Below the pieces are notes generated by a model. It made no database searches and was not told the DNA's origin. It was given only the letters and a program-made list of their open reading frames with translations. A stretch of 64,000 nucleotides of DNA from an uncultured virus (IMG/VR IMGVR_UViG_3300032322_002004) (lineage: Duplodnaviria; Heunggongvirae; Uroviricota; Caudoviricetes): IMG/VR virus record IMGVR_UViG_3300032322_002004, one strand, 5' to 3'. Positions 1-9,451 of this stretch are shown piece by piece. Both the position numbers and the translations under genes were made by a program. Numbering within the stretch: position 1 is the stretch's first letter; every line of letters starts with the position of its first letter.

Positions 1-2520
1 ACGTCGTCTCCAGCACCCGAATCTTCAACTTCAACGGCTCCGTCCCCTGAACCCAGCCCACAACCATCCCCGCAACAAAGCTCCCCAACATCAGGAACAT
101 CACAGTCATCTGAGACACCGACAGTTACCTCCGTTCAAACAAAAATTGAGGCAGCAACTGTAACATTAAATACTGCCGTTACAACAGCTAGTCCAGAGGC
201 AGTTTCTGCAACTACTACAGAGGTAGCAGCGGCTCAGACAGCGATCACAGAAGCCACAGCTGCTAAAGAAGTAGCGGTAACAGCAGTTGCAGCTGTTGAC
301 TTACAGACAGCCGTAGTTGCAACAGCCACCACAGCGGTAGACTCTGCAACAGCAATAGTGGCTACAGCTACAGCAGCGGTTGACTCTCAGACCGCGGTAG
401 TTGCTACAGCTACAACTAATCTGACTAATGCTCAAACAACACTGACCACTCTTCAGAATACCCCTTCAGATAGCAAAACTTATACAACAGAAGGTTATGT
501 AGCCCCAGTTGCTCCTGAAACCCCAACAGTTACTACAACAACACTACCAACTATGTATGACGGTTTTACAAAAATTAATACGCCTTTTGACATAAAAATG
601 GGTAACACTGTGTACGAAGGTCAAGGAACAAATAGTCAGATTTATGTAACTTCTAAAGCAACCATTACATTTGGAAATGGCGACTATAACTGGTGGGACT
701 TCCCAGCAGGTCCTCACATCTCTGTATTTGGCAGTGATTTTATGAACGATAACGCAAATGGATCTTCAACTGTTGTAAAAACTACCGAAACCACTTTAGA
801 AGTTGACTGGAATTTGCACAAATTTGCACAACCAAATAGCCCGATTACAAATGTAAATTGGAAGATGACAGTCAACCCAACAACAGGGGAATGGACTGGT
901 GTTGGAACAGTTGCGGGAAACACCACCGATCTTCATAACGGACCACGTATTGGTGTTCGTGAAGCAGCAGGTCAAGCAGTAAAGCCAATGACCAATGTAA
1001 CCAATGAAACTTTAACGGCTCAAATTACAAGCCAAACAGCAGTAGTCGCTGATAAAACAGAAGTTAAAGCGGTTGAAGTTGCTGTTCTTACAAGCCTTAC
1101 AGAAGTGAAAACAGTAGCAGTGACAGAGCTTGCAACAGCTCAGACCACACTAACAACAGAGACTCAAACATTAACTACCCTCCAATCAACAGCTACTACA
1201 GCGATCACAACTGCTAATACTTTAGCTGACACAGCGACAGCTACAGTTGCTGTTGCAGTTGCTGCTATCCAATCTGCTGCGTTACCGCCGTCAGTAGTAA
1301 CACCACCCACGACAGAGCAAACAACCCCGGAATCAAACCCAACACAAACTTCGCCGCAAGATCCAACTTCTTCCAGTGGGGGCGAACAAAATAACCAGCC
1401 ACCAACAACACCGGAGTCACCAACGCCAGATTCAGGAAATCCGACAACTTCAGATCAATCACCTGTTCCTCCTTCTCCTCAACCTGAACCTACCCCAAAT
1501 CCCATTCCAGAGCAACCCGTTGAGCCCGCTCCCACTCCTGAACCTGAGCCGCAGCCAACCCCAGAACCTGAGCCTGTTCCTGAGCCAACGCCAGAACCTG
1601 CTCCTGAGCAGCCTGTAGAGCCTGAACCAACTCCTGAGCCTGAGACACCTACTGAGCCGTCCACAGAAGAGCCAGAGACACCCACAGAGCCCCAACCAGA
1701 ACCGGTAGAGCCCGAAGAGCCAACCGTAGAGCCCGAGGCGCCTGTTGAGGAAGTTGATACACCCGAGGAATCAACACCAGAACCAGAGTCACCAGAAACA
1801 GAGCCAGAAAATCCGTCCACAGAACCATTAGAACCTCCTATTGAAGAAACAACACCTGAGCCTAGCACAGAAGCTGAAGAGGTTGCTAGCGCCGTAGAGG
1901 ATGTTTTAGCTGATGGAAAGTTAACCGCTTCTGACGCTGAGGCTGTTATGGATGCCTTAAACGCAGACGGAGAAGTTACCGCTGAAGAAGTCTCAGCGCT
2001 ATCTGAGGCTTTAGCAGAAGACGGAAAACTGACTGCTGCTGAAAAAGAATTAGTTGCGGAAGCTCTTATTGAATCCGTAGCTCCTGGAGAAACTCTTACA
2101 AAAGAGCAGATCCAAGACGCTGGTATTGAGTATAAAGACTTACCAGCAGAGACTCCTGTTGAGGTTAGGCAGGATGAAAACGGTAATGAAGTTATAATTA
2201 CAGCAGACGTAGCTGCGGCTCTAGTTTTACTAGAGAACCCATCAGAATTAGTTGGCGCAATATTTAGCGACCCAGGGGAAGCACTACAAGCACTCGGAAG
2301 TATCGGTGCAGACATGTCCCCTGAAGAACGTGAAGAAGCAACTGAAATGGTTGTTGCTGCCGTTGTTGCTGCCGGAGCTGCTATGAATGCAGTCGGTGCA
2401 GCAGCTGGCGCTGCTGGTACCACTACTGGAGGTTCATCCTCTGGTGGCGGGGGAGGAAGTTCTGGCGGGGGAGGAGCCCCTTCTGGAGATTCAAAGGGAG
2501 TAAGGAGAAGGAAACCGTGA
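1..2520 (+). CDS. Large Thr/Ala- and Pro/Glu-rich protein, probably membrane-anchored; 5' end lies outside the window
   Basis: Frame is open from base 1. Contains AVDxQTAVVATATT repeats, an aromatic-rich globular segment, a long PEPTPEP stalk, an acidic helical region, a hydrophobic segment MVVAAVVAAGAAMNAVGAAAG and a basic tail RRRKP. Confidence 0.7.
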   Translation, partial: TSSPAPESSTSTAPSPEPSPQPSPQQSSPTSGTSQSSETPTVTSVQTKIEAATVTLNTAVTTASPEAVSATTTEVAAAQTAITEATAAKEVAVTAVAAVDLQTAVVATATTAVDSATAIVATATAAVDSQTAVVATATTNLTNAQTTLTTLQNTPSDSKTYTTEGYVAPVAPETPTVTTTTLPTMYDGFTKINTPFDIKMGNTVYEGQGTNSQIYVTSKATITFGNGDYNWWDFPAGPHISVFGSDFMNDNANGSSTVVKTTETTLEVDWNLHKFAQPNSPITNVNWKMTVNPTTGEWTGVGTVAGNTTDLHNGPRIGVREAAGQAVKPMTNVTNETLTAQITSQTAVVADKTEVKAVEVAVLTSLTEVKTVAVTELATAQTTLTTETQTLTTLQSTATTAITTANTLADTATATVAVAVAAIQSAALPPSVVTPPTTEQTTPESNPTQTSPQDPTSSSGGEQNNQPPTTPESPTPDSGNPTTSDQSPVPPSPQPEPTPNPIPEQPVEPAPTPEPEPQPTPEPEPVPEPTPEPAPEQPVEPEPTPEPETPTEPSTEEPETPTEPQPEPVEPEEPTVEPEAPVEEVDTPEESTPEPESPETEPENPSTEPLEPPIEETTPEPSTEAEEVASAVEDVLADGKLTASDAEAVMDALNADGEVTAEEVSALSEALAEDGKLTAAEKELVAEALIESVAPGETLTKEQIQDAGIEYKDLPAETPVEVRQDENGNEVIITADVAAALVLLENPSELVGAIFSDPGEALQALGSIGADMSPEEREEATEMVVAAVVAAGAAMNAVGAAAGAAGTTTGGSSSGGGGGSSGGGGAPSGDSKGVRRRKP

Positions 2521-2687
2521 AAGTAATTAGAGACATGATTGACCAGCTGTGGACATTGCTTGGCATGTTCATTGCATGGGTAGTGCTCGATGGGTCTGCA
2601 AAGACAGTTGTGGGGTACGCAATTATTGGAACGCTATTTGCATGGGCGGTTACTTATCCACTACGTAACCCAAAGGAAGAAGATTAA
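2517..2687 (+). CDS. Small two-TM membrane protein (56 aa)
   Basis: Not in the ORF track. GTG overlaps the upstream stop (GTGA). Reads MKVIRDMIDQLWTLLGMFIAWVVLDGSAKTVVGYAIIGTLFAWAVTYPLRNPKEED. Confidence 0.7.
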   Translation: MKVIRDMIDQLWTLLGMFIAWVVLDGSAKTVVGYAIIGTLFAWAVTYPLRNPKEED

Positions 2688-2688
2688 T

Positions 2689-3090
2689 ATGAAATCGCTT
2701 GGAAACATTTTACTTAGAATTATCGCTACCTTCGCGGCAAGCGGTCTTTCTGTTATCGGTGCTGGTGCTATTGCCGGCGTTGACACTATTACAGCAGTTA
2801 CTGTAGCTGGTTTAACAGCTGTTGCAACAGTTGTTGAAAAACTAGCTCGTGGTTTTATGAACGATGGAAAGCTAGATCTTGACGAGATTAACGCTGCATT
2901 TGCCGCAGTTGATACTAAGGCTAAGAGCGAATCTGATCTAAAAGTTGAAGCTAAGCAGAACGGTACAGATATTGTAATTAGCTCTGCCGGTGCGGTTTCA
3001 TACGCAACTGCCGCTAAGCCAGATGGACAGGTTCCAGAAGAACAACCTGTAGATCTTGACTGGGATAAAGAGGAGCAAAATAATGGCTGA
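2689..3090 (+). CDS. Membrane protein, holin candidate
   Basis: ATG at 2689 follows a purine-rich RBS. Two hydrophobic helices, a charged C-terminus, and position directly upstream of the endolysin. Confidence 0.55.
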   Translation: MKSLGNILLRIIATFAASGLSVIGAGAIAGVDTITAVTVAGLTAVATVVEKLARGFMNDGKLDLDEINAAFAAVDTKAKSESDLKVEAKQNGTDIVISSAGAVSYATAAKPDGQVPEEQPVDLDWDKEEQNNG

Positions 3091-3640
3091 TCAAGGTACA
3101 GCGGCTCGACTTATTGAAGTCGCTTCAGCAGAGTTAGGAACTATTGAAGGTCCTAAAGATAACGAAACCAAATACGGCGCTTACACAAAGGCTAACTTTC
3201 AGCCATGGTGTGGGTCTTTTGTAAACTGGTGTGCTAACGAAGCTGGAGTAAAGGTGCCTAATACCGTTTACACACCAGGTGGCGCAGCAGCTTTTAAGAA
3301 GGCTGGCGCATGGATTGATGGAGACGTTGCTGATCCAGATGCTGGAGATATTGCCTATTTTGATTTCCCATCAGATGGCGTCGATAGAATTTCTCACGTA
3401 GGCATTGTTATCAAAGACAATGGCGATGGCACAGTTTGGTGCATCGAGGGAAACACTAGCCCAGATGAAAAAGGAAGCCAACGAAATGGCGGACAGGTTT
3501 CAAAGAAGCTTCGTGCTTATAAGAAGAATCCACGAAAGGTCCAAATCTCTATTGTTGGGTTTGGTCGTCCAAAGTTTAAAGGCGCTGCTGCGGCAGCTCC
3601 AGCCGCTCCGGTAGCTAAGTGCCCTACCTGCGGTAAGTAA
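3083..3640 (+). CDS. Endolysin, CHAP/NlpC-type cysteine amidase/peptidase
   Basis: PWCGSFVNW (catalytic Cys), SHVGIV (His) and IEGNT motifs; GAGGAG RBS before the ATG at 3083. Confidence 0.85.
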   Translation: MADQGTAARLIEVASAELGTIEGPKDNETKYGAYTKANFQPWCGSFVNWCANEAGVKVPNTVYTPGGAAAFKKAGAWIDGDVADPDAGDIAYFDFPSDGVDRISHVGIVIKDNGDGTVWCIEGNTSPDEKGSQRNGGQVSKKLRAYKKNPRKVQISIVGFGRPKFKGAAAAAPAAPVAKCPTCGK

Positions 3641-3735
3641 TGTACTACCTGACTCACATCACATTCCAAGGGGTGTTTATTGCAACTTTGCTTGCAGTAA
3701 CACTCCTTGGGTGTTGGTGGGCGGATCGTGACTGA
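3640..3735 (+). CDS. Single-TM microprotein (31 aa)
   Basis: TAATG-coupled to the endolysin; MYYLTHITFQGVFIATLLAVTLLGCWWADRD. Confidence 0.5.
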   Translation: MYYLTHITFQGVFIATLLAVTLLGCWWADRD

Positions 3736-3856
3736 CGCAGAACGATTAAAACGCTGGACTTGCGAGCTTTGCGGTCGCCGGTTTGTAGTCCCTGATTTAG
3801 CAAGAATGTGTGAACAAAAGCACCTAGACTTGGAATATGAGCCAAGCCGTAGCTAA
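3728..3856 (+). CDS. Small zinc-finger-like protein (42 aa)
   Basis: GTG start; WTCELCGRRF...ARMCEQKH (CxxC...CxxxH); fills the gap between neighbouring genes. Confidence 0.55.
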   Translation: MTDAERLKRWTCELCGRRFVVPDLARMCEQKHLDLEYEPSRS

Positions 3857-4295
3857 TGCCAAACAATTTGGTGCCAGCACCAAAACTAATAATGCAAACC
3901 TTAGAAAACTTGTTGGCAATCAAGCCGCAAAGAATTTTGGTGATCCAAAAATAGCCGACAAGCACGGCACTGATGAGAAGAACCCCTACGTTAGCCCTAG
4001 AACATTAAGGGCTCAAAAGAAACAATACAAACAGAATATTGCAGACGCTAGATCTGGCAAGTTTGACAAAGTTACAGGCACTGGCGGACCGGGACCTGAA
4101 AGAGATATTGTTTACGGAGAAGTTGTTGAGAATCCACCTCTTGGGGATAACCGTCTTCCTGGTCCAGAACCAGAAATTATTGATGCGGAAATTGTAGAGC
4201 CAAAAGCTATTACGCAGGGTCCTCGAATGATTACTAGCGAACGAATTCAACCAACAAAGGCTATTGAACCAGGGCGTCAATGGTCCAATGGTTAA
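3837..4295 (+). CDS. Hypothetical protein
   Basis: 152-aa ORF overlapping its neighbours. Confidence 0.6.
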   Translation: MSQAVANAKQFGASTKTNNANLRKLVGNQAAKNFGDPKIADKHGTDEKNPYVSPRTLRAQKKQYKQNIADARSGKFDKVTGTGGPGPERDIVYGEVVENPPLGDNRLPGPEPEIIDAEIVEPKAITQGPRMITSERIQPTKAIEPGRQWSNG

Positions 4296-4482
4296 CAGAA
4301 AAAAAGCAGCATCTAAACTAAAGTACGGTTTTGAGAACGTTGCACCGGATAGAGCTGCCGCTTTAGCTAAAGAGGCCAGCAAGACACGAGCTGGTCGCGA
4401 CGGCTTAACTCGGGTTCAAAACAATAAGCCGGTACGAGGCGCTGAAACACAAGCTCGACAATGGAATAGGTTCATGCCATGA
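4288..4482 (+). CDS. Hypothetical basic protein
   Basis: ATG at 4288 overlaps the end of the previous gene; ends in RQW like the upstream gene. Confidence 0.55.
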   Translation: MVNRKKAASKLKYGFENVAPDRAAALAKEASKTRAGRDGLTRVQNNKPVRGAETQARQWNRFMP

Positions 4483-4640
4483 GCAAAAAGAAAGAGTTTG
4501 AAAACGCGGTATCTAAACCTATTGTTGTTAATGACTCTAGATTTGGTATTAGGCGCATATTTCTTACTAAACAAGAGCGACCACGAATAGGAACTTACAT
4601 GAATCCAGGCAGAGGCCCAAACGGAGAATCTCAAAACTAA
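4479..4640 (+). CDS. Hypothetical protein (53 aa)
   Basis: ATGA coupling; MSKKKEFENAVSKPIVVNDSRFGIRRIFL... Confidence 0.5.
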   Translation: MSKKKEFENAVSKPIVVNDSRFGIRRIFLTKQERPRIGTYMNPGRGPNGESQN

Positions 4641-4703
4641 TCGTTTAGGCGGAAAAACCTTAGCAATTACCCTACCTTAGTACTTAGCATTGAAAGGATC
4701 GCC

Positions 4704-5846
4704 GTGGCCACATATCCGTCCCAGATCAAGACTTTTGTTAATAAGTCTAACGTTGTAGACCTAATTGACGCATCACACCCAAACCTCCTCCAAGAGGAAG
4801 TTAGCGCTATCCAGACCGTTGTAGGAACTAACCCAGCGCGTTCTACTACAGTAACCTCAAGCGATACTTTTATCTCAACACAAACAGACTTTGATAACTT
4901 AAAGTCACGTATAGCCAATATTGAAAAGGGTGTTGTAGCCGATACCCACTCCCAGTACATCAAGAAGACCAGCGATGGCAGTAACGTTATTATCCCAACC
5001 AACGCTACTACAAAGGGTATTACGGTCCGCGGCTTCCAAGCTCAGACTGCAAACCTACAAGAATGGCAGCAAACAGTAGCTGTAACTAACGTGGTTGCAG
5101 CCGGTGGCGGTGTTACCTTTACCGCAAACAATAACTTTGTTATTGGTCAAAGAGTCACTACAACCGGTATCACACCGGGTGCCTATAACCTCACAGATCA
5201 AATTATTACCGATTGCAACTCAACTTCTTTTGTTATTACTAACGGAGCTACAGGAACGTTTGTTTCTGGAGGTTCTGCAACTTCTACTGTGTCTTATGTA
5301 GATAACACAGGAACTTTAGTTGGGTACGCAAAGACAAGCGTGTTTACCGCCAAGGGTGACCTTGCAGTTGCTACAGGCTCTTTAACATTAGGAAAGCTTG
5401 CAACTGCTCCAAACGGGCGATACCTTGTGACTGACTCTGCAACAGCCACTGGACTTAAGTGGCTAGAAATCACACCTATTACAGAAACAGGCGCTGCAAC
5501 TTTAAGTAATAAAGTTTTAACGTCTCCACAGATCAACCTTGGCATTAACCCAATTACAACTACTGCTTACACAGTAGCGCTAGACGATAACGGAAAATTA
5601 ACTACTCTAGATAACGCAGCAGCTATTGGTGTAACAATTCCATTAAATGCTACACAAGCATTCCCAATTGGAGCACAGCTTCACTTTGCACAAATAAATG
5701 ATGGAACAGTAACTTTTGTTCCAGCTACTAACGCTGTAATTATTGGGGCCACACCGGGCTTAAAACTTCGCACTAAGTGGTCCACAGCAACTTTAACTAA
5801 AATTGCTACTAACACTTGGATTCTTGTCGGCGATTTGAAGGTTTAA
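4704..5846 (+). CDS. Tail-fibre-like virion protein
   Basis: GAAAGGA RBS; Thr-rich beta segments; C-terminal TTAYT..LDDNGKL...FPIGAQ...WILVGDL typical of phage fibre domains. Confidence 0.7.
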   Translation: MATYPSQIKTFVNKSNVVDLIDASHPNLLQEEVSAIQTVVGTNPARSTTVTSSDTFISTQTDFDNLKSRIANIEKGVVADTHSQYIKKTSDGSNVIIPTNATTKGITVRGFQAQTANLQEWQQTVAVTNVVAAGGGVTFTANNNFVIGQRVTTTGITPGAYNLTDQIITDCNSTSFVITNGATGTFVSGGSATSTVSYVDNTGTLVGYAKTSVFTAKGDLAVATGSLTLGKLATAPNGRYLVTDSATATGLKWLEITPITETGAATLSNKVLTSPQINLGINPITTTAYTVALDDNGKLTTLDNAAAIGVTIPLNATQAFPIGAQLHFAQINDGTVTFVPATNAVIIGATPGLKLRTKWSTATLTKIATNTWILVGDLKV

Positions 5847-5847
5847 A

Positions 5848-7974
5848 ATGCCAATCTTAGGTGTTGTTCATGGTACTAAGATCGGCCCAAATGCACCGAC
5901 AATTACCTCAGTAACTGACGTAGGTATAAATCGAGAGTTTGATAATGGCGCAGTTGATGTTGCATTTACCCCTGCTGCCGTTAACACCGCTGTTTCTTAT
6001 AGAGTGACATCTAGTAACGGGCAAGTGGCTACTGGTAGCTCATCACCTATTCGCGTTCAAAACCTTCCAACAGGTATTAACACAACATTTACTATTACTG
6101 GTGTTAATGATATTACTATTGAAGGTGAGCCGTCAGCTGTTTCATCTGGAGTAGTAGTTACCACTGTCCCATTTAAACCAACTATGGGTGTTGCAACAGC
6201 TGGTAACGGGGAAGCTTTTGTTGTGTTTACCCTTTTAAACTCTGGCGGAAAACAAGTTATATCTTACGTTGCTACCGGTTCCCCATCCGGAACAGGCAAT
6301 AACACAGGTTCCCCAGTAACTGTTTCTAATTTAAATAATGGTACCCCTTATGCTTTTACAGTTGTTGCGGTTAACGCTAACGGTTCGTCTTTAGCAAGTA
6401 GCCCATCTAACGTAGTAAGCCCTTCTACAGGGGGTGGGGGAGTACCAGCGGGAACTTTCTATTGCTACAGCTCAGATTGTTTCTCACAAGATGGAGTTAC
6501 TTTTGCTTATTTACAAGCTCCAGCTTTTACATCTGTATCCCCTTCAGATCAATCATCAACTACAACTTACTCAGGTGGTTTTGGATCGGCTCGCGGAACC
6601 CGCGTAACTTACTGCAACACAGTAGAGGCTACAGCTGCTCTTGGTGCTCAACAACCTGATTGTCAGGCTGTATACGTACCACCGCCACCTCCACCACCAT
6701 GCCCACCGGAGGTATTTACCACCGAGTGCGGACCTTACACTGCTGGACCTCAAGTTTTTGGTTGTAGCCCAACAAATGCTGATTACGGTTATACAATTAC
6801 AGAAACTGCTACAAGAACAAGAACTACCTATGACTGCAACGGTATTATTACTGACATTGCGGTTTTAACCTGTTCTAGAAGCACATTTACCTCAACATCT
6901 TCTAACGATCCGCGCTGCCCAGGGTATAGAGCTCAAACTCAAACAACACAGGTTAGCGGTAATACTAATACCACTAATGTAGCTGTAAACAGCGGCACCC
7001 CCAATAATAATCAAAGTCAGGGAACTGCTGTTACTACCCCTGCTGCTGGAACTTTTGTAAGAGATCCGGGTGGCGCTAGCTACACTGATCCAGATACTGG
7101 ACAAACTTCCGTTTGGTACGAGAGAGTTGAGCCCGATGGAAGCACTACTCTTTTTCTTCTTCCAGAAAACAATGGTGTACCGGACACTACAGCTGTAGCT
7201 GGCCAAGAAGGAATACCTATTCCAGCTGGCGGATTTAACCTTGATTTTAGTGGCATTGGTGCTGGCGACTGGGGCGCTGGTCTTGGTTTTGGCTTTGTTG
7301 GCCCTATGTTTACACCAGAAGAAATAGCCGCTATTGAGGCAGGCCTTGCAGCCCAAAATGATGCTAATGCACAGCCATCTACCCCAGATGACGGCAAGAC
7401 TTTAGGTGAAAACAACACTACTTCTGGCCAAGGTGATACTACTGTTCCTACTCCTACGCCGGAGGACCCCGCTCCGGGGTTCATTGGAAAGAGCTTTAGT
7501 ATCAACATCTTTACTTTGGTAAGAACAATAAAGGGACTTATTCCTGCTTGGGAGCTTAAGGTTGGAGATAAACTACTATCTGCCGATATTGAAACTTTCC
7601 CATACAACAACTTGTTAACTACAGATATGGAGCTTATTAATTGGGATGCTCAAAACCCACAGATCAATCTTGTAGAAACTGAGATTGTTAGCCTTCGTAC
7701 CCGTATGGCTAAGTGGGCAATTATGGTTGACTCAGATATGTTCTCAGATAGTCACTACATTTTAATTAAACGCAATGACGTAACTAAATTTGTAAAGGCT
7801 ATGGACCTTGAACTTACTGACCTTATTTGGTCAAATTCAGCTCAAGATTGGGTAAACATTGGGTTGCTACGAAAAGTTGAGGTAAACCACGAAGTCTTAT
7901 CTATTGACTGTGAGCCTTATGATATATTCTTTACCGAAAGGATGTTGACCCACGACTCAAGCACGGTTGACTAA
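5848..7974 (+). CDS. Fn3-repeat / Cys-rich putative adhesin with C-terminal Hint (intein-like) domain
   Basis: Two Fn3-like repeats (PNAPTIT...; LNNGTPYAFTVVAVNANGSS), a Cys-rich middle, and C-terminal SINIFTLV..G..ELKVGD, SDSH and IDCEPYDIFFTERMLTHDS. Confidence 0.75.
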   Translation: MPILGVVHGTKIGPNAPTITSVTDVGINREFDNGAVDVAFTPAAVNTAVSYRVTSSNGQVATGSSSPIRVQNLPTGINTTFTITGVNDITIEGEPSAVSSGVVVTTVPFKPTMGVATAGNGEAFVVFTLLNSGGKQVISYVATGSPSGTGNNTGSPVTVSNLNNGTPYAFTVVAVNANGSSLASSPSNVVSPSTGGGGVPAGTFYCYSSDCFSQDGVTFAYLQAPAFTSVSPSDQSSTTTYSGGFGSARGTRVTYCNTVEATAALGAQQPDCQAVYVPPPPPPPCPPEVFTTECGPYTAGPQVFGCSPTNADYGYTITETATRTRTTYDCNGIITDIAVLTCSRSTFTSTSSNDPRCPGYRAQTQTTQVSGNTNTTNVAVNSGTPNNNQSQGTAVTTPAAGTFVRDPGGASYTDPDTGQTSVWYERVEPDGSTTLFLLPENNGVPDTTAVAGQEGIPIPAGGFNLDFSGIGAGDWGAGLGFGFVGPMFTPEEIAAIEAGLAAQNDANAQPSTPDDGKTLGENNTTSGQGDTTVPTPTPEDPAPGFIGKSFSINIFTLVRTIKGLIPAWELKVGDKLLSADIETFPYNNLLTTDMELINWDAQNPQINLVETEIVSLRTRMAKWAIMVDSDMFSDSHYILIKRNDVTKFVKAMDLELTDLIWSNSAQDWVNIGLLRKVEVNHEVLSIDCEPYDIFFTERMLTHDSSTVD

Positions 7975-7976
7975 AT

Positions 7977-8486
7977 ATGAATTTAGACGGAGCACAAGTC
8001 CTAAACTTTGATTTTCCAGAGAAGCTAACTGGCTTCTGGGTACACGTCTGCATTGAGCCAGAAAGTACTTTGTTTACCTATATCGTCTCAATATATAAGA
8101 ACGATGAATACCCTACTGGAACAGTAATACTTTCTAAATACATGCCTTACTCCTACCCAGATATGTACGCCTGCTTTGATCATGGCTACCAAGTACAAAG
8201 AATGTACACCAACCCCATCCATAGACGTAACGGGTATTGGGTTCCTTTTGGAGTTCTTTTAAAGAAATTCTTTGCTTCTAAATTTAATGTCAATATAGAC
8301 GGAACCGGGGATAGAAGTAAACAAACCGATAGAATCTATGACAGAACTAGAGCTGAATTAGGTGACGCCTCTTATGTACCAGCAATTAAGGGCGGAAGAA
8401 TTGAATATGACGAGATGGAACCTCCTAGAGATCCAGCTTTCCCCCTAGTGTGGTTTGGTCAAAGGATTGGGGGATTCAATGAGTAA
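7977..8486 (+). CDS. Hypothetical protein, possible GNAT fold
   Basis: RMYTNPIHRRNGY resembles the GNAT acetyl-CoA-binding motif A. Confidence 0.45.
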   Translation: MNLDGAQVLNFDFPEKLTGFWVHVCIEPESTLFTYIVSIYKNDEYPTGTVILSKYMPYSYPDMYACFDHGYQVQRMYTNPIHRRNGYWVPFGVLLKKFFASKFNVNIDGTGDRSKQTDRIYDRTRAELGDASYVPAIKGGRIEYDEMEPPRDPAFPLVWFGQRIGGFNE

Positions 8487-8934
8487 TGGTAGAGAGCAAG
8501 AGCTTTTAGAGTTACTAGCTAAGCCTGTAAAAATCTTCTCATCAAATGCACCCGTTTCCGATGACCATTCCGATATGTATAAAGAGCTTAAAAAGTTATT
8601 AGAAGACTCCTGCAACTTTTACGAATTAAACACGGCCCACTTAACTTTCTATATGTCCTCCGAGTTAATAACCGGAGTTCGAACAGATGTTTGGTACGAC
8701 ACCGGAGGGGTTAGGATCCCGTGTTTTTCCGGTGCATACGTATTAGCAGCAGAAGAGGGCAGCTCTCTTATGGTTGGGGATGTGCCAAACTTGTTAGCAC
8801 CAGGGGATCTGTACCTTTGGGAAGCCGGTAAGCGTCTTAGATATAGTAATGAAAATACAACTATGCTAGGCTTAAACATAGTCCCAAAATATATGCTTAA
8901 AAATCAAGACCTAAGCAGATGGTCAGAAATTTAG
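8479..8934 (+). CDS. Hypothetical protein, possible degenerate double-stranded beta-helix (2OG-oxygenase-like) fold
   Basis: SGAYVL...PGDLYLW pattern; no clear HxD...H ligands. Confidence 0.4.
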   Translation: MSNGREQELLELLAKPVKIFSSNAPVSDDHSDMYKELKKLLEDSCNFYELNTAHLTFYMSSELITGVRTDVWYDTGGVRIPCFSGAYVLAAEEGSSLMVGDVPNLLAPGDLYLWEAGKRLRYSNENTTMLGLNIVPKYMLKNQDLSRWSEI

Positions 8935-8941
8935 GAGTGCC

Positions 8942-9181
8942 ATGACGGATCCATATTCACGTCCAGCTAGGCCCTGGGACCTCTACAACAAGAATCTTGG
9001 CCGAGTGGCTGAAACGGTCGCTAAGGAGCGCCTAGAGCTGTGTAAGGCCTGTCCTAATTACATTGCTCTAACCCACCAATGCACTAAGTGCGGTTGCTTT
9101 ATGGATGCTAAGACAAAGCTACCAAACGCAGTATGCCCTATTGGTACATGGGATCAAGTAAAGGTTGGTTATACAGAATGA
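8942..9181 (+). CDS. Cys-rich small protein (DUF6171-like)
   Basis: RLELCKAC...CTKCGCFMDAKTKLPNAVCPIGTW; AGGAG RBS. Confidence 0.7.
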   Translation: MTDPYSRPARPWDLYNKNLGRVAETVAKERLELCKACPNYIALTHQCTKCGCFMDAKTKLPNAVCPIGTWDQVKVGYTE

Positions 9182-9375
9182 CATATGTAGCTTCCGCGGC
9201 AATGCTTGCCTTCGTAATTGATGGTGAAGTAGTTCAAGTTATGGGAACGGATGAGCGCTTAGCTGCCATCCTTCTTAGTGAACCAACTATTATTGATGTC
9301 ACAGGTGTTGACCCAGCCCTTGTTACCTCTGCTAATTTTGACGTAACGACAAATACATTTAAAGATAAAGCCTGA
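9178..9375 (+). CDS. Hypothetical protein
   Basis: ATGA coupling at 9178; AFVIDGEVVQVM... Confidence 0.6.
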   Translation: MTYVASAAMLAFVIDGEVVQVMGTDERLAAILLSEPTIIDVTGVDPALVTSANFDVTTNTFKDKA

Positions 9376-9451
9376 CAGCGCCTAAATACTCTTAGACAAT
9401 AGTGACTGCACCCCGATCAGGTGCTTAACCACTCTAGAGAAAAGGTAAACA

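Noticed and set aside
1479..2423. Long minus-strand ORF (314 aa), and similar antisense ORFs over the collagen genes (21838-23448, 32692, 33799)
   Set aside because: Shadow ORFs produced by repetitive, codon-biased + strand genes.
7498..7974. Classical mobile intein with homing endonuclease
   Set aside because: No LAGLIDADG or HNH insert, terminal His-Asp, and only a 4-residue C-extein; treated as a Hint domain instead.
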